Shown: positions 8,396 through 16,926 of the stretch, piece by piece
Layout of the letters: each line of letters starts with the position of its first letter
Position numbering within the stretch: position 1 is the first letter of the stretch
Source of the DNA: Candidatus Dadabacteria bacterium
Lineage (GTDB): Bacteria > Desulfobacterota_D > UBA1144 > Nemesobacterales > CSP1-2
NCBI GenBank assembly: GCA_040289575.1
Contig: PSLL01000003.1
Span: 115,912-142,429 of the forward strand
Reading direction: 5' to 3'
DNA length: 26,518 bases
Position numbers and translations under genes: made by a program
The notes under the pieces: generated by a model
The model's database searches: none
What the model was told of the DNA's origin: nothing
What the model saw: the letters and a program-made list of their open reading frames with translations, nothing else

Positions 8396-8787
8396 ATTTT
8401 AAAAGAAACTGGAAAGTAGCACTCTATTTAGTAGCAATCTTCACCGCTGGCGCAATAACCGGCTCGTTTGCGACCGTGCAAGTCTTTAAACACATAGCCT
8501 ACGCTCGGCGAAACCCCGGGAATTGGTCTGCGATGGTGATGAAGCACCTGGAATCGGATTTAAAGCTCACGCTGGAGCAAGTCCAGAGAATCAAGCCTAT
8601 CGTTGATCAATCAGTCCGTGAATTAGAGGCAATACGCTCTAAAACCATCTATCAGTCCGCTCAGATTATATCTCAAAGCGAGGAGCAAATTGCTCAGGAA
8701 CTTACACCCGATCAGCAAAAGCGCTTTCAGGAAATTCAACAGCAACGGCGTAAACATTTCAAAGAGTGCCTCGGACCAAAATATTAA
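8392..8787 (+). CDS. Membrane-anchored periplasmic heavy-metal-sensor / LTXXQ-like helical protein
   Basis: ATGA-coupled; N-terminal TM (LVAIFTAGAITG); LKLTLEQ and LTPDQQKRF motifs. Confidence 0.75.
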   Translation: MNFKRNWKVALYLVAIFTAGAITGSFATVQVFKHIAYARRNPGNWSAMVMKHLESDLKLTLEQVQRIKPIVDQSVRELEAIRSKTIYQSAQIISQSEEQIAQELTPDQQKRFQEIQQQRRKHFKECLGPKY

Positions 8788-8797
8788 AAGAGAAATC

Positions 8798-8826
8798 TTG
8801 TAACCCGATATCCTAGACCAACGTCA
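8798..8826 (+). promoter_or_regulatory. Second copy of the putative ECF-sigma promoter
   Basis: TTGTAACC-N16-CGTCA, 31 nt before ATG 8858. Confidence 0.7.
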
Positions 8827-8857
8827 CTACAAGAAAAAATTTTAAGGAGGAAGTGAA

Positions 8858-9352
8858 ATGAAAAGACTAGTAGCCTCTTTATTTATTTTGATTTTTGTCG
8901 TAAGCCCCAGTTTTGCTCAGGACTCGATGCCAGAAAAGGGGAGACAGATGGAAATGATGTGCAAAGGTAAAAGGGCACACATGATGGATGGAATGCATCC
9001 CATAATGTATAGCATACTGGTCGAGCGCGCTCTTATGAAAGCCAACTCCCTTCTTAATCTCACAGATACACAAAGGAAAGAGCTGGCTGGCATTCCGGAG
9101 AAATATATCTATCCGATGATTCGTAAGGAAGCGGATCTTAAAATCTCCCACATGAAGATTATAGGTATGCTCCATGACCCTAACTTTGATCCCGCCAAGG
9201 TAAAGTCAGAAACCAAGGCATCGAACGAAATTAAACTTGAGATGGCAGATATGGCAATAGATGCACTCGCATATATAAGAAATACTATTGGTGTAGAAAA
9301 TTTTAAAAAGGTATCAGAGATGAAGCCTAATATGGGTAGCGAAAGAAGATAG
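8858..9352 (+). CDS. Secreted Spy/CpxP-like periplasmic protein with a Met/His-rich N-terminus
   Basis: SD AAGGAGG; signal peptide ending SFA; QMEMMCKGKRAHMMDGMH segment; LNLTDTQ motif. Confidence 0.7.
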   Translation: MKRLVASLFILIFVVSPSFAQDSMPEKGRQMEMMCKGKRAHMMDGMHPIMYSILVERALMKANSLLNLTDTQRKELAGIPEKYIYPMIRKEADLKISHMKIIGMLHDPNFDPAKVKSETKASNEIKLEMADMAIDALAYIRNTIGVENFKKVSEMKPNMGSERR

Positions 9353-9516
9353 GACAGAACTATTAGGGTTTATAAGTAATTTTTATTGGAATTCTCAGTT
9401 CTAAGATTTTATCCTTAATCCATAAGCCGATCTACACCAATCTTGGGGGAGTTTATCATTCTCCCTAGAGATGACAGTCTATTGGGTTTGGTAGCCTTTA
9501 ATATAGGAGGAAGACC

Positions 9517-10701
9517 ATGTTGGAAGGTATAGAATTTAATGAGATGTTTGACGAATACACATCGGACGGAGCCGACTATATAATTGAGAATGAGAATATT
9601 CTTAATTCAATTGAGTCTAAAAATAGTTTTGAAGAGGATTCTAAATTCGATATTGAATCCACTGAAGAGGCTAAGGCACCTCAAAAAAAGGAGGAATTTT
9701 CAAATCATGACCTGAGACTCCTAAATGACTACTTTAAAGAGCTAGGCACTGAGCCGCTCCTTACACCAAGGGATGAGATTGAGATCGCGGCGAAAATAAG
9801 AAAATGTGAAATAAGAGCAAAAGAAATACAAAAGATAATAGAGAAAACCATAGGCAAGAGGCTCGGGGATGATATAAGGTCTGCCATTCACAACACCCCT
9901 ACAAATCAATTGAAGTCTAAACGACTCAGGAGGCTTATAACTCTATTTGAGTCATATTCAAAAAAAGCAACGCAGTTTAGAAACAGATTTATCAAAGCAA
10001 ATCTAAGACTCGTTGCAAGCATAGCGAAAAAATATCTAGGCCGCGGACTCCCCTTCTTGGATTTAGTCCAGGAGGGCAATCTGGGACTTATTAAGGCTGT
10101 AGAGAGGTTTGATTACACGAAAGGTTATAGATTTGCTACCTATGCCTCGTGGTGGATACATCAAGGGATGATTAGAGCAATCTTTAGCCAGACGAAAATT
10201 ATAAGGGTTCCAGCCTACCTATTTGAAAAATACGGCAGGATTCAAGGAGTAAGTTCCGAGTTTCAGAATAAAACAGGAATAAAGCCTCTCCCCCAAGAGA
10301 TTATAAAGGAGACAAATATATCTTTAGAAAAGGTAAAGCTGGCACTTGGGACTAACGAGAATGTGATTCACCTTGACTCTCCTATATGGCAGGGTGAGAA
10401 AATGACTCTTATGGATCTTATTGCCGATCCCAATTCTCCTTTGCCTGATTCATTAATGGCAACAGCTTCTATTCCGCAGAGTGTGAACAACGCACTCTCT
10501 TTGCTCAATTCCAGAGAAAGAGAGATTATAAAGATGAGGTTTGGAATAGGTTACGAAAACCCATCTACGCTTGATGAGGTTAGAAAAAGATTCGGTGTAA
10601 CCAGGGAGAGAATTAGACAGATAGAGAAACGTGCTATCGAAAAAATTAAGAGATCGAAATCGGCTCCCGCCCTTAAGAGCCTAATAGAAGAACAACCTTA
10701 A
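9517..10701 (+). CDS. RpoD/RpoS-family (group 2-like) sigma-70 factor
   Basis: Region 1.2 YFKELGTEPLLT, region 2 ANLRLVASIAKKY..DLVQEGNLGLIKAVERFD, region 4 TRERIRQIE; no recognisable region 1.1; SD AGGAGG. Confidence 0.93.
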   Translation: MLEGIEFNEMFDEYTSDGADYIIENENILNSIESKNSFEEDSKFDIESTEEAKAPQKKEEFSNHDLRLLNDYFKELGTEPLLTPRDEIEIAAKIRKCEIRAKEIQKIIEKTIGKRLGDDIRSAIHNTPTNQLKSKRLRRLITLFESYSKKATQFRNRFIKANLRLVASIAKKYLGRGLPFLDLVQEGNLGLIKAVERFDYTKGYRFATYASWWIHQGMIRAIFSQTKIIRVPAYLFEKYGRIQGVSSEFQNKTGIKPLPQEIIKETNISLEKVKLALGTNENVIHLDSPIWQGEKMTLMDLIADPNSPLPDSLMATASIPQSVNNALSLLNSREREIIKMRFGIGYENPSTLDEVRKRFGVTRERIRQIEKRAIEKIKRSKSAPALKSLIEEQP

Positions 10702-10776
10702 TTATAATGAAAATTCAATTCGCCGGAGCTATACTATTTAAAATCTCTAGACAGCCAAAACGCATGGGGGCAAGAT

Positions 10777-11427
10777 ATGAAAACTAAAAATATTTTTACC
10801 CTACTGACTTTTATTGTCTGCATTCTGACCATTTCCCTTCTCACATCGGGCGGTTGCGGCATAAATTTCGGTAACGATAACAACAACGGGGGTGACGGAA
10901 ACACTGGATCGGACTCCGTCCAAGGAACCATAACCAGCATTACCAATGTAGGCTCAACAAGTGGAATAACAGTCCAAGCCACAGATTCATCAAATACTTT
11001 TTCAGCTACAACAAATAGCAACGGATTTTTTAAGATAGAAGGCAACTTCAGCGGTTCGTCTCTTAGACTCGATTTTCTGAATCAAAGTAACAATCTACTG
11101 GCAACCACAAGCGTCACAATATTTCCCGGAATAGAGATAGATTTAGGAAACATAACAATAAGCAATGGAAACGTAAACTTATCAGGTAGTATAAACATAA
11201 CTTTTGACGGAGACATCTCAGAAAATAACTGTTCCGGAAATGCAGGGACTATAGTGGTAGCGGCAGGTAATACAGATGTTATTGTTCAGGTTCTTACCTC
11301 AACAACCATTGTCGATAGCAATAATAACACTCTAAGTTGTGGAAATCTATCATCGGGAAAAGTTACTGTAACGGGAACACTTTTAATGGGCAATACGGTA
11401 AAAGCAAATCGGATTGAGCTTCAATAG
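10777..11427 (+). CDS. Putative Asn/Gly/Thr-rich lipoprotein, beta-rich, with a DUF5666-like C-terminus
   Basis: Signal peptide ending TSGGC; C-terminus LSSGKVTVTGTL...VKANRIEL. Confidence 0.55.
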   Translation: MKTKNIFTLLTFIVCILTISLLTSGGCGINFGNDNNNGGDGNTGSDSVQGTITSITNVGSTSGITVQATDSSNTFSATTNSNGFFKIEGNFSGSSLRLDFLNQSNNLLATTSVTIFPGIEIDLGNITISNGNVNLSGSINITFDGDISENNCSGNAGTIVVAAGNTDVIVQVLTSTTIVDSNNNTLSCGNLSSGKVTVTGTLLMGNTVKANRIELQ

Positions 11428-11496
11428 AATTTCTGAAGGGCTGTGCGAATGGTAGAGTATTAACGCTGTAAGGCTTGAAATCCAAACTATAGTCTA

Positions 11497-12081
11497 CTAC
11501 TCGGTGTCTTTTTCCTTCTCTTTGCCCTTTTTGAATTCGTCCATAGATTTAATCTTTTTCTCAAGCTCTTTAATCTTTTCCATTAGGAGCTCTACATCCA
11601 CAGATTTAGAGGCTTCAGATTCTCCGCTTTTTTCTAAATTACTATTTTGCTTTTTAATCTCCCTAGCAGCCGCCTCAAAAGGATTCTTCATTTCGAAAGG
11701 GAATTTAGGCCCATATGGAAGCCAGCCTATTTCCTGCCACCAACGAAGATTTTTTTTCATCCCCTCCTGAAGAGAAAGGTAGGGCTGGAACATAATAAGG
11801 AAATAGTTTTCAAAGAAATCCCGCGCCATTCTGTTACCATACTTTATAAGCATGTGGAGAAAGGAGGTAGGAAGTATATCTTCTTTATTTTTCTCACTCT
11901 CCAAGACGACCTGCATTAGTATAACTTTTGTAATGTCCTCATCGGTTTGCGAATCAATAACTTTAATCTCATTTCCCTCTTTTATTAAGCTGGCTATCTC
12001 CTCAAGCGTAATGTACCTCTTGTGACTTGTATCGTAGAGCCTTCTATTGCTGTATTTTTTTATAATGACCTGTTCAGACAA
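11497..12081 (-). CDS. phaR: Polyhydroxyalkanoate synthesis regulator (PhaR DNA-binding domain protein)
   Basis: IIKKYSNRRLYDT...YITLEEI...VIDSQTDEDIT..IL.Q signature; likely start TTG 12081 after GGAGAGG. Confidence 0.85.
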   Translation of the reverse strand: MSEQVIIKKYSNRRLYDTSHKRYITLEEIASLIKEGNEIKVIDSQTDEDITKVILMQVVLESEKNKEDILPTSFLHMLIKYGNRMARDFFENYFLIMFQPYLSLQEGMKKNLRWWQEIGWLPYGPKFPFEMKNPFEAAAREIKKQNSNLEKSGESEASKSVDVELLMEKIKELEKKIKSMDEFKKGKEKEKDTE

Positions 12082-12187
12082 AATCCTCTCCCCCGTTTTT
12101 CCATATATTATCTGATGAAAAACCCATTTAGTCAAGAAAAGAAGATGTAACAGCTGGATTTATCTAATATCCGCTGTCAACCCATCC

Positions 12188-12216
12188 TTGACCTTCATAT
12201 ATATGGAGATTATAAA
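12188..12216 (+). promoter_or_regulatory. Sigma70-like promoter for the HAD gene
   Basis: TTGACC-N17-TATAAA. Confidence 0.45.
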
Positions 12217-12248
12217 TATTACCGGAAGTATTTCATCAAGGCTCTGAG

Positions 12249-12992
12249 ATGAAAAAATACAAGGCTGTAGTATTCGATCTCTTCGATACGCTTGTTAACT
12301 TCAACCGCTTCCGGCTTCCTACAACATATATTAATGGAGTCGAGATAAAGTCAACGGGCATCGAGGTGTATAAAGTCTTCCAAAAATTCTATAGGGGTAT
12401 ATATTTTAAAGACTTCTACACGGCTTTTACAGAAAGCTATGCGGAGTTTGAAGAGAATAAACGGAAGGATTATAGGGAGTTTCATAATCGGAAAAGATTT
12501 GAGTTAATGATTAGTAAGATGAATCCACAGGCAGTTTACCATTCCGAGAGATTAATAGATGAAATGGTCTTGGTACACATGGAGGAAATAGCCAATGCCA
12601 TGGAATTCCCCGAAGAGAATAGAGATACACTCAACACACTTAAGAACAAGTATAGATTGGCTATAATCTCAAATTTCGACCATGCTTCAACAGCATACGG
12701 CATCCTAGAGAGGTTCGATATAAGAAGCCTCTTTGAGAAGGTTTTTATCTCAATAGAGGTGGGCTGGAGAAAACCGAAAGCCGATATATTTTTTATCGCT
12801 CTTAATTCCCTCAAGATATTGCCTGAAGAGGCAATATTTGTGGGAGATAATTTTGAAGCCGATATTGTAGGATCAAAAGCAGTCGGTATGGATGCTGTAT
12901 GGATAAATAAAGATAGAGAACCACTAGGAGAAAGAATTTCAAAGCCAGACTATATAGTTTCCAGATTTGCCGATATTAAGAATATTCTCTAA
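12249..12992 (+). CDS. HAD-superfamily hydrolase (subfamily IA)
   Basis: FDLFDTL, ISNFD, RKPKADIF, FVGDNFEADIVG. Confidence 0.93.
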   Translation: MKKYKAVVFDLFDTLVNFNRFRLPTTYINGVEIKSTGIEVYKVFQKFYRGIYFKDFYTAFTESYAEFEENKRKDYREFHNRKRFELMISKMNPQAVYHSERLIDEMVLVHMEEIANAMEFPEENRDTLNTLKNKYRLAIISNFDHASTAYGILERFDIRSLFEKVFISIEVGWRKPKADIFFIALNSLKILPEEAIFVGDNFEADIVGSKAVGMDAVWINKDREPLGERISKPDYIVSRFADIKNIL

Positions 12993-13614
12993 AGATTTTA
13001 TACTCATTTTTTGCGAACCCTAATTTCTCAGACTTTTTTGAGTCGATTATGGATCCTTCAACGATTTCAATAAAACTCGCAAACCTCTTGCCCTGCTCTG
13101 TTAAAGAGTACTTAACACCCAATGGCATTGTACCAATTACATCTCTGTGAATAAACCCCATCTGTTCCAGCTTACGAAGTCGCTCGGCAAGGACCTTATT
13201 GCTTATACCACCTAAATACTTTTTAATCTGATTGGTGCGCATTGGAGCCCGGTTCAAAATACTTAGAATCCCAAACATCCACTTACAGTCTATAACTTCA
13301 GCTATAGATTTGATGGGAATGCCGGTTTCCTTCATCCATTCAATCACAGGCTTTAATCTTTTTCCTTTTGCATCTAGCAAATACTCAACATGGAGCGGGT
13401 ACCCGGAGAACAACTTTCTTTTTATTACACCCTTCGTTTCTAGTCTTTGAAGCCTTTCATTCAAAACCTTTGTTGTTATGCCAGGAATAGCCCTTTTTAT
13501 TTCGCTAGGCCTAGATAAGCCATCTATGATTTTTGTGACAACTAAAATCGTCCATTTACACTTTAGAATCTCTATAATCGATTCCTGTGTATTTGTTTCG
13601 ACTTTTAATTCCAT
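12976..13614 (-). CDS. Transcriptional regulator with two tandem HxlR-type winged-helix domains
   Basis: Two copies of CKW...I(T/S).KVL.ERL..LE..G.I.R......P..V.Y.L...GK; SD GAGG. Confidence 0.88.
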   Translation of the reverse strand: MELKVETNTQESIIEILKCKWTILVVTKIIDGLSRPSEIKRAIPGITTKVLNERLQRLETKGVIKRKLFSGYPLHVEYLLDAKGKRLKPVIEWMKETGIPIKSIAEVIDCKWMFGILSILNRAPMRTNQIKKYLGGISNKVLAERLRKLEQMGFIHRDVIGTMPLGVKYSLTEQGKRFASFIEIVEGSIIDSKKSEKLGFAKNEYKIFREYS

Positions 13615-13664
13615 TGTGTTCCTCTTCCTGAAATAGGATTTTGCAACCTTATACTTTCAAAATC

Positions 13665-13713
13665 GTAACCTAGTTACTGATTGGTAAGTTATTGATGATC
13701 AATAGCACTTACC
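13665..13713. promoter_or_regulatory. Clustered palindromes; candidate operator for the tandem HxlR regulator
   Basis: GTAAC-cta-GTTAC (13665-13677) and GGTAAGT-TATTGAT-g-ATCAATA-gc-ACTTACC (13683-13713). Confidence 0.6.
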
Positions 13714-13760
13714 TTAATATTAATCTATCACAAATATCAAATATAAAGGAGAGTAAAATA

Positions 13761-14351
13761 ATGAGCAACAAAAAGATGGCTGGTTATACATATGGAACAG
13801 AGGAAGTTGCAAAATCACCTCTCTCTATAGATGACCTCGAACTCCTCAAGAAGGCCTTGCTTTTTACCGAAGAAGATGAGAAGTATCTCCGTATGGCCGG
13901 CAGGGTACTGGCCGACCAGATTGAAGATGTACTGGATCTCTGGTATGGATTTGTGGCATCCCACCCCCATCTAGTCTACTATTTCACAGGACAGAATGGT
14001 CAGCCGAATGCGGATTACCTTGCCGCTGTTCGCCCTCGCTTTGGTCAGTGGATTTTGGATACCTGCAATCGCCCGTATGATCAGGATTGGCTGAATTATC
14101 AGCACGAGATTGGCTTGCGCCATCATCGAACAAAGAAAAACAAAACCGATAAGGTTCAATCAGTTCCAAATATCAGCCACCGATATATTGTCGCTTTCAT
14201 CTACCCAATCACCGCGACTATTAAGCCCTTTCTCGCCAAGAAGGGCAACAGCCCTGATGAGGTAGAAAAGATGCATCAGGCATGGTTTAAATCGGTGGTT
14301 CTTCAAGTCGCCCTGTGGAGTTATCCTTATGTAAAAGAAGGGGATTTTTAG
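13761..14351 (+). CDS. Protoglobin (single-domain, 196 aa)
   Basis: ATG 13761 after AAGGAG. GYTYG...SP, LDLWYGFV...PHL, RFGQWILDT, YQHEIGLRHHRTKKNKTD, MHQAWFKSV and LWSYPY match the protoglobin pattern. Confidence 0.93.
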   Translation: MSNKKMAGYTYGTEEVAKSPLSIDDLELLKKALLFTEEDEKYLRMAGRVLADQIEDVLDLWYGFVASHPHLVYYFTGQNGQPNADYLAAVRPRFGQWILDTCNRPYDQDWLNYQHEIGLRHHRTKKNKTDKVQSVPNISHRYIVAFIYPITATIKPFLAKKGNSPDEVEKMHQAWFKSVVLQVALWSYPYVKEGDF

Positions 14352-14361
14352 ACCAAGTTCA

Positions 14362-15045
14362 ATGGAAGAGTCTCATATTATTTCAATTCAAGTTGGTCTA
14401 CCCAGGTGGATCAGGTCAGAAGAACCAGAGAAACTCTGGTTCTCCGGGATTTTTAAAGAACCAGTTAAGGGGCCAGTATGGTTAGGAAAAATCAACCTCA
14501 GTGGAGATGGACAGGCCGACTTAGAAGTCCACGGTGGCCCGGATAAAGCAGTTCTAGCCTATGCAGCCTGCCACTACCCATTTTGGAGTAAAGAACTCGG
14601 TCTAGACATTTCACATGGAGCCTTCGGCGAAAACTTTACCATTGATGGGTTAGATGAAACAAAAATCTGTATCGGTGATACCTATGCGGTTGGAGAAGCA
14701 TTAGTTCAAATCACCCAACCCCGTCAGCCTTGTTGGAAGCTCTCGCACCGCCTGGGAATCAAAGATTTAGTTGAAAGGGTTCACACATCTGGTCGCACTG
14801 GCTGGGATTTTCGGGTTCTCAAAGAAGGCTACGTAGAGAAAGGATTACCTATAACTCTTATTGAACGACCCTTTCCAGAGTGGACTATATCTAGCGCTTA
14901 TGAAGTCAGATTTAGTCTAAAAGCGGGTCTTGAATCTATCCTTTCTCTGGCAAATTGCCCCTTGCTCTCTCAGCGTTGGCGGACCGGACTTCTCAATAAG
15001 TCTCAAAGCATTAAATCAGGAGGTAAAATAAATAAAGGAGGATGA
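14362..15045 (+). CDS. MOSC domain protein (YiiM-like) with a 3-alpha C-terminal domain
   Basis: SGIFKEPV, GDGQADLEVHGGPDKAV, FGENFT, QPRQPCWKL, RTGW.FRVL. Confidence 0.92.
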   Translation: MEESHIISIQVGLPRWIRSEEPEKLWFSGIFKEPVKGPVWLGKINLSGDGQADLEVHGGPDKAVLAYAACHYPFWSKELGLDISHGAFGENFTIDGLDETKICIGDTYAVGEALVQITQPRQPCWKLSHRLGIKDLVERVHTSGRTGWDFRVLKEGYVEKGLPITLIERPFPEWTISSAYEVRFSLKAGLESILSLANCPLLSQRWRTGLLNKSQSIKSGGKINKGG

Positions 15046-15049
15046 AAAT

Positions 15050-15769
15050 ATGAGAACTCTGGTTCTAAGGCATGTCCCTCACGAACACTTAGGGACACTT
15101 GCCCTTATACTCAGATCAAATAATTTGGCTTACGAGTATATAAATCTCTATGAGGATGCAAATCCAAAGGTCTCATTTGATGGTTTAAGTGCATTAATTA
15201 TACTAGGCGGACCGATGAACGTTTATGAAACGGATATGTATCCGTTCTTGGAAATCGAAGATGGACTTATCAAGAGAGCTATAGAAAAGGACATACCCGT
15301 TTTAGGTATCTGTCTTGGGGCGCAACTAATCGCAAAATCGCTTGGCGCTCAGGTTACAAAGAATAGAGAGAAAGAGATAGGATGGTATCTTCTCAAAATT
15401 ACAGACGAAGGAAGTAAAGATAAGTTATTTAAACATCTAAATGCCAATGAAACCGTCTTTCAATGGCACGGCGATACGTTCGAAATCCCACGTGGAGCCG
15501 TTCATCTGGCTGAGTCCCCTCTTTGCCCAAATCAGGCCTTTAGATTTGGCTCTTCTGTGTATGGTCTACAGTTTCACATAGAGGTTACACCTGAGATGAT
15601 TCTAGATTGGCTTAATGTGCCTGAAAATAGAAAAGAGGTCGCATCCCTAAGAGGCAAGATCAATCCAGAAATTATTAAGGCTGAAATCCCCCAATTTATA
15701 GACCGTCTCAATTTACTTGCAAAGGGTGTCTTTCAGGAATTTTGCGGGCTTATTAGAGAAAATCAATAA
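15050..15769 (+). CDS. Stand-alone class I glutamine amidotransferase (GuaA-like)
   Basis: ILGGPMNVY, GICLGAQL (catalytic Cys), QWHGDTF, QFHIE (His/Glu of the triad). Confidence 0.92.
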   Translation: MRTLVLRHVPHEHLGTLALILRSNNLAYEYINLYEDANPKVSFDGLSALIILGGPMNVYETDMYPFLEIEDGLIKRAIEKDIPVLGICLGAQLIAKSLGAQVTKNREKEIGWYLLKITDEGSKDKLFKHLNANETVFQWHGDTFEIPRGAVHLAESPLCPNQAFRFGSSVYGLQFHIEVTPEMILDWLNVPENRKEVASLRGKINPEIIKAEIPQFIDRLNLLAKGVFQEFCGLIRENQ

Positions 15770-15792
15770 GATGTTTATAAATCTGGCTCTAC

Positions 15793-16476
15793 TTAAAACA
15801 ATTTTTCTATATCCTCTATTCTCACCCCTTCAAGACTCTTCACTATCATATCTGCCTCAGAGAGTTTTTCGGCAGTATAGGAATTCGTTATAGCCAGACA
15901 CTTCATCCCCGCGGAATGAGCCGCCTTGATTCCGGCAACTGAGTCCTCTATAACCAGGCATTCGTGAGGATATACAATTCCAGATTTTAGAGAGTCGAGT
16001 TGATTAATCAGATGAAGGACCCTTATATAGACATCGGGAGCGGGCTTACAGTTCTCTATTTCATCAGCGCTTACTATTATACTAAACTCCTTCCTTATTC
16101 CTATAGATTCGAGAATGAACTCTATCTCGTGTCTGAGCGCGCCGGAGCCTATGGAGAGAGGGTATTTCCTATATAATTTTTTCACGAAATCTATAACACC
16201 CGGAAAGATTACAAGGTTCTCCCTTATAAATTCATCGTAATACCTAGACTTGCGAACCGTCAGGTCGTGTATCAGGGGCCTGTTGAAATCCCTACCCCTG
16301 TCTTTTAAGACCGCCGCAAAGCAGGTCTTATCATCAAGAGCGAGATATCTGTCATAGTATTCTCTCTCGGAAAGCTCTATCCCCTCTTCACTTAGAGCCG
16401 CCTGAAAGGCCTTCAGGTGCACAGGCTCAGCATCGGCAATAACACCATCAAAATCGAATATCACAGCTCTTAGCAT
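15793..16476 (-). CDS. HAD-family phosphatase (beta-PGM/CbbY-like)
   Basis: FDFDGVIAD, KPAPDVY, VIEDSVAGIKAA. Confidence 0.92.
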   Translation of the reverse strand: MLRAVIFDFDGVIADAEPVHLKAFQAALSEEGIELSEREYYDRYLALDDKTCFAAVLKDRGRDFNRPLIHDLTVRKSRYYDEFIRENLVIFPGVIDFVKKLYRKYPLSIGSGALRHEIEFILESIGIRKEFSIIVSADEIENCKPAPDVYIRVLHLINQLDSLKSGIVYPHECLVIEDSVAGIKAAHSAGMKCLAITNSYTAEKLSEADMIVKSLEGVRIEDIEKLF

Positions 16477-16660
16477 ACTTGGAACATTCCCACACTTTCT
16501 GAATCAGAGGTCTTAGTTTTACATAATTTCAAAAAGAACTCAACCGATTCTGAAACGAAAGAATATCAATACCATTTCCCCCACAAATGAAAATCAGAAC
16601 CAAAACTAATCTGACAGATTATGCCTACATTTATTGGCCTATAAATTGATACCTAGAAGT

Positions 16661-16790
16661 TACTTATATTAATTGTCTAATACTACATATTATATTATCT
16701 CTTATATTTTATTATATTATTTAATGTTTTACTTGAATTTTACTAAATTTTAAATTAAAAATTAAGCTTAATATGTTTAAAAGTATGTTA
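16661..16790. other. Extremely AT-rich tract in a divergent intergenic region
   Basis: 16 G/C in 130 nt by manual count (about 12% GC). Confidence 0.8.
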
Positions 16791-16926
16791 ATATCCCCTT
16801 ATATTTCTTCCCTGGAAGAATAATATCCGTCTGTCTTTAGACAATAAGAGAAACTCGATAGACATCTCCAAATCTACCATTAACTGCAAAACTCTGTTAA
16901 TATAACTGCATAGAGGTCTATTTAAA

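Noticed and set aside
13692..13760. N-terminal extensions given by the ORF track (protoglobin; likewise phaR, FmdB, DUF948 and the nuclease)
   Set aside because: Downstream starts have proper SD sequences and match family N-termini; several extensions overlap promoter or operator DNA
15016..15052. Two successive AGGAGG sequences before the GATase start
   Set aside because: The first has no start codon after it; it could be a small duplication, but there is no further support
16661..16790. AT tract as an oriC unwinding element
   Set aside because: No DnaA boxes (TTATCCACA) seen and no dnaA/dnaN context
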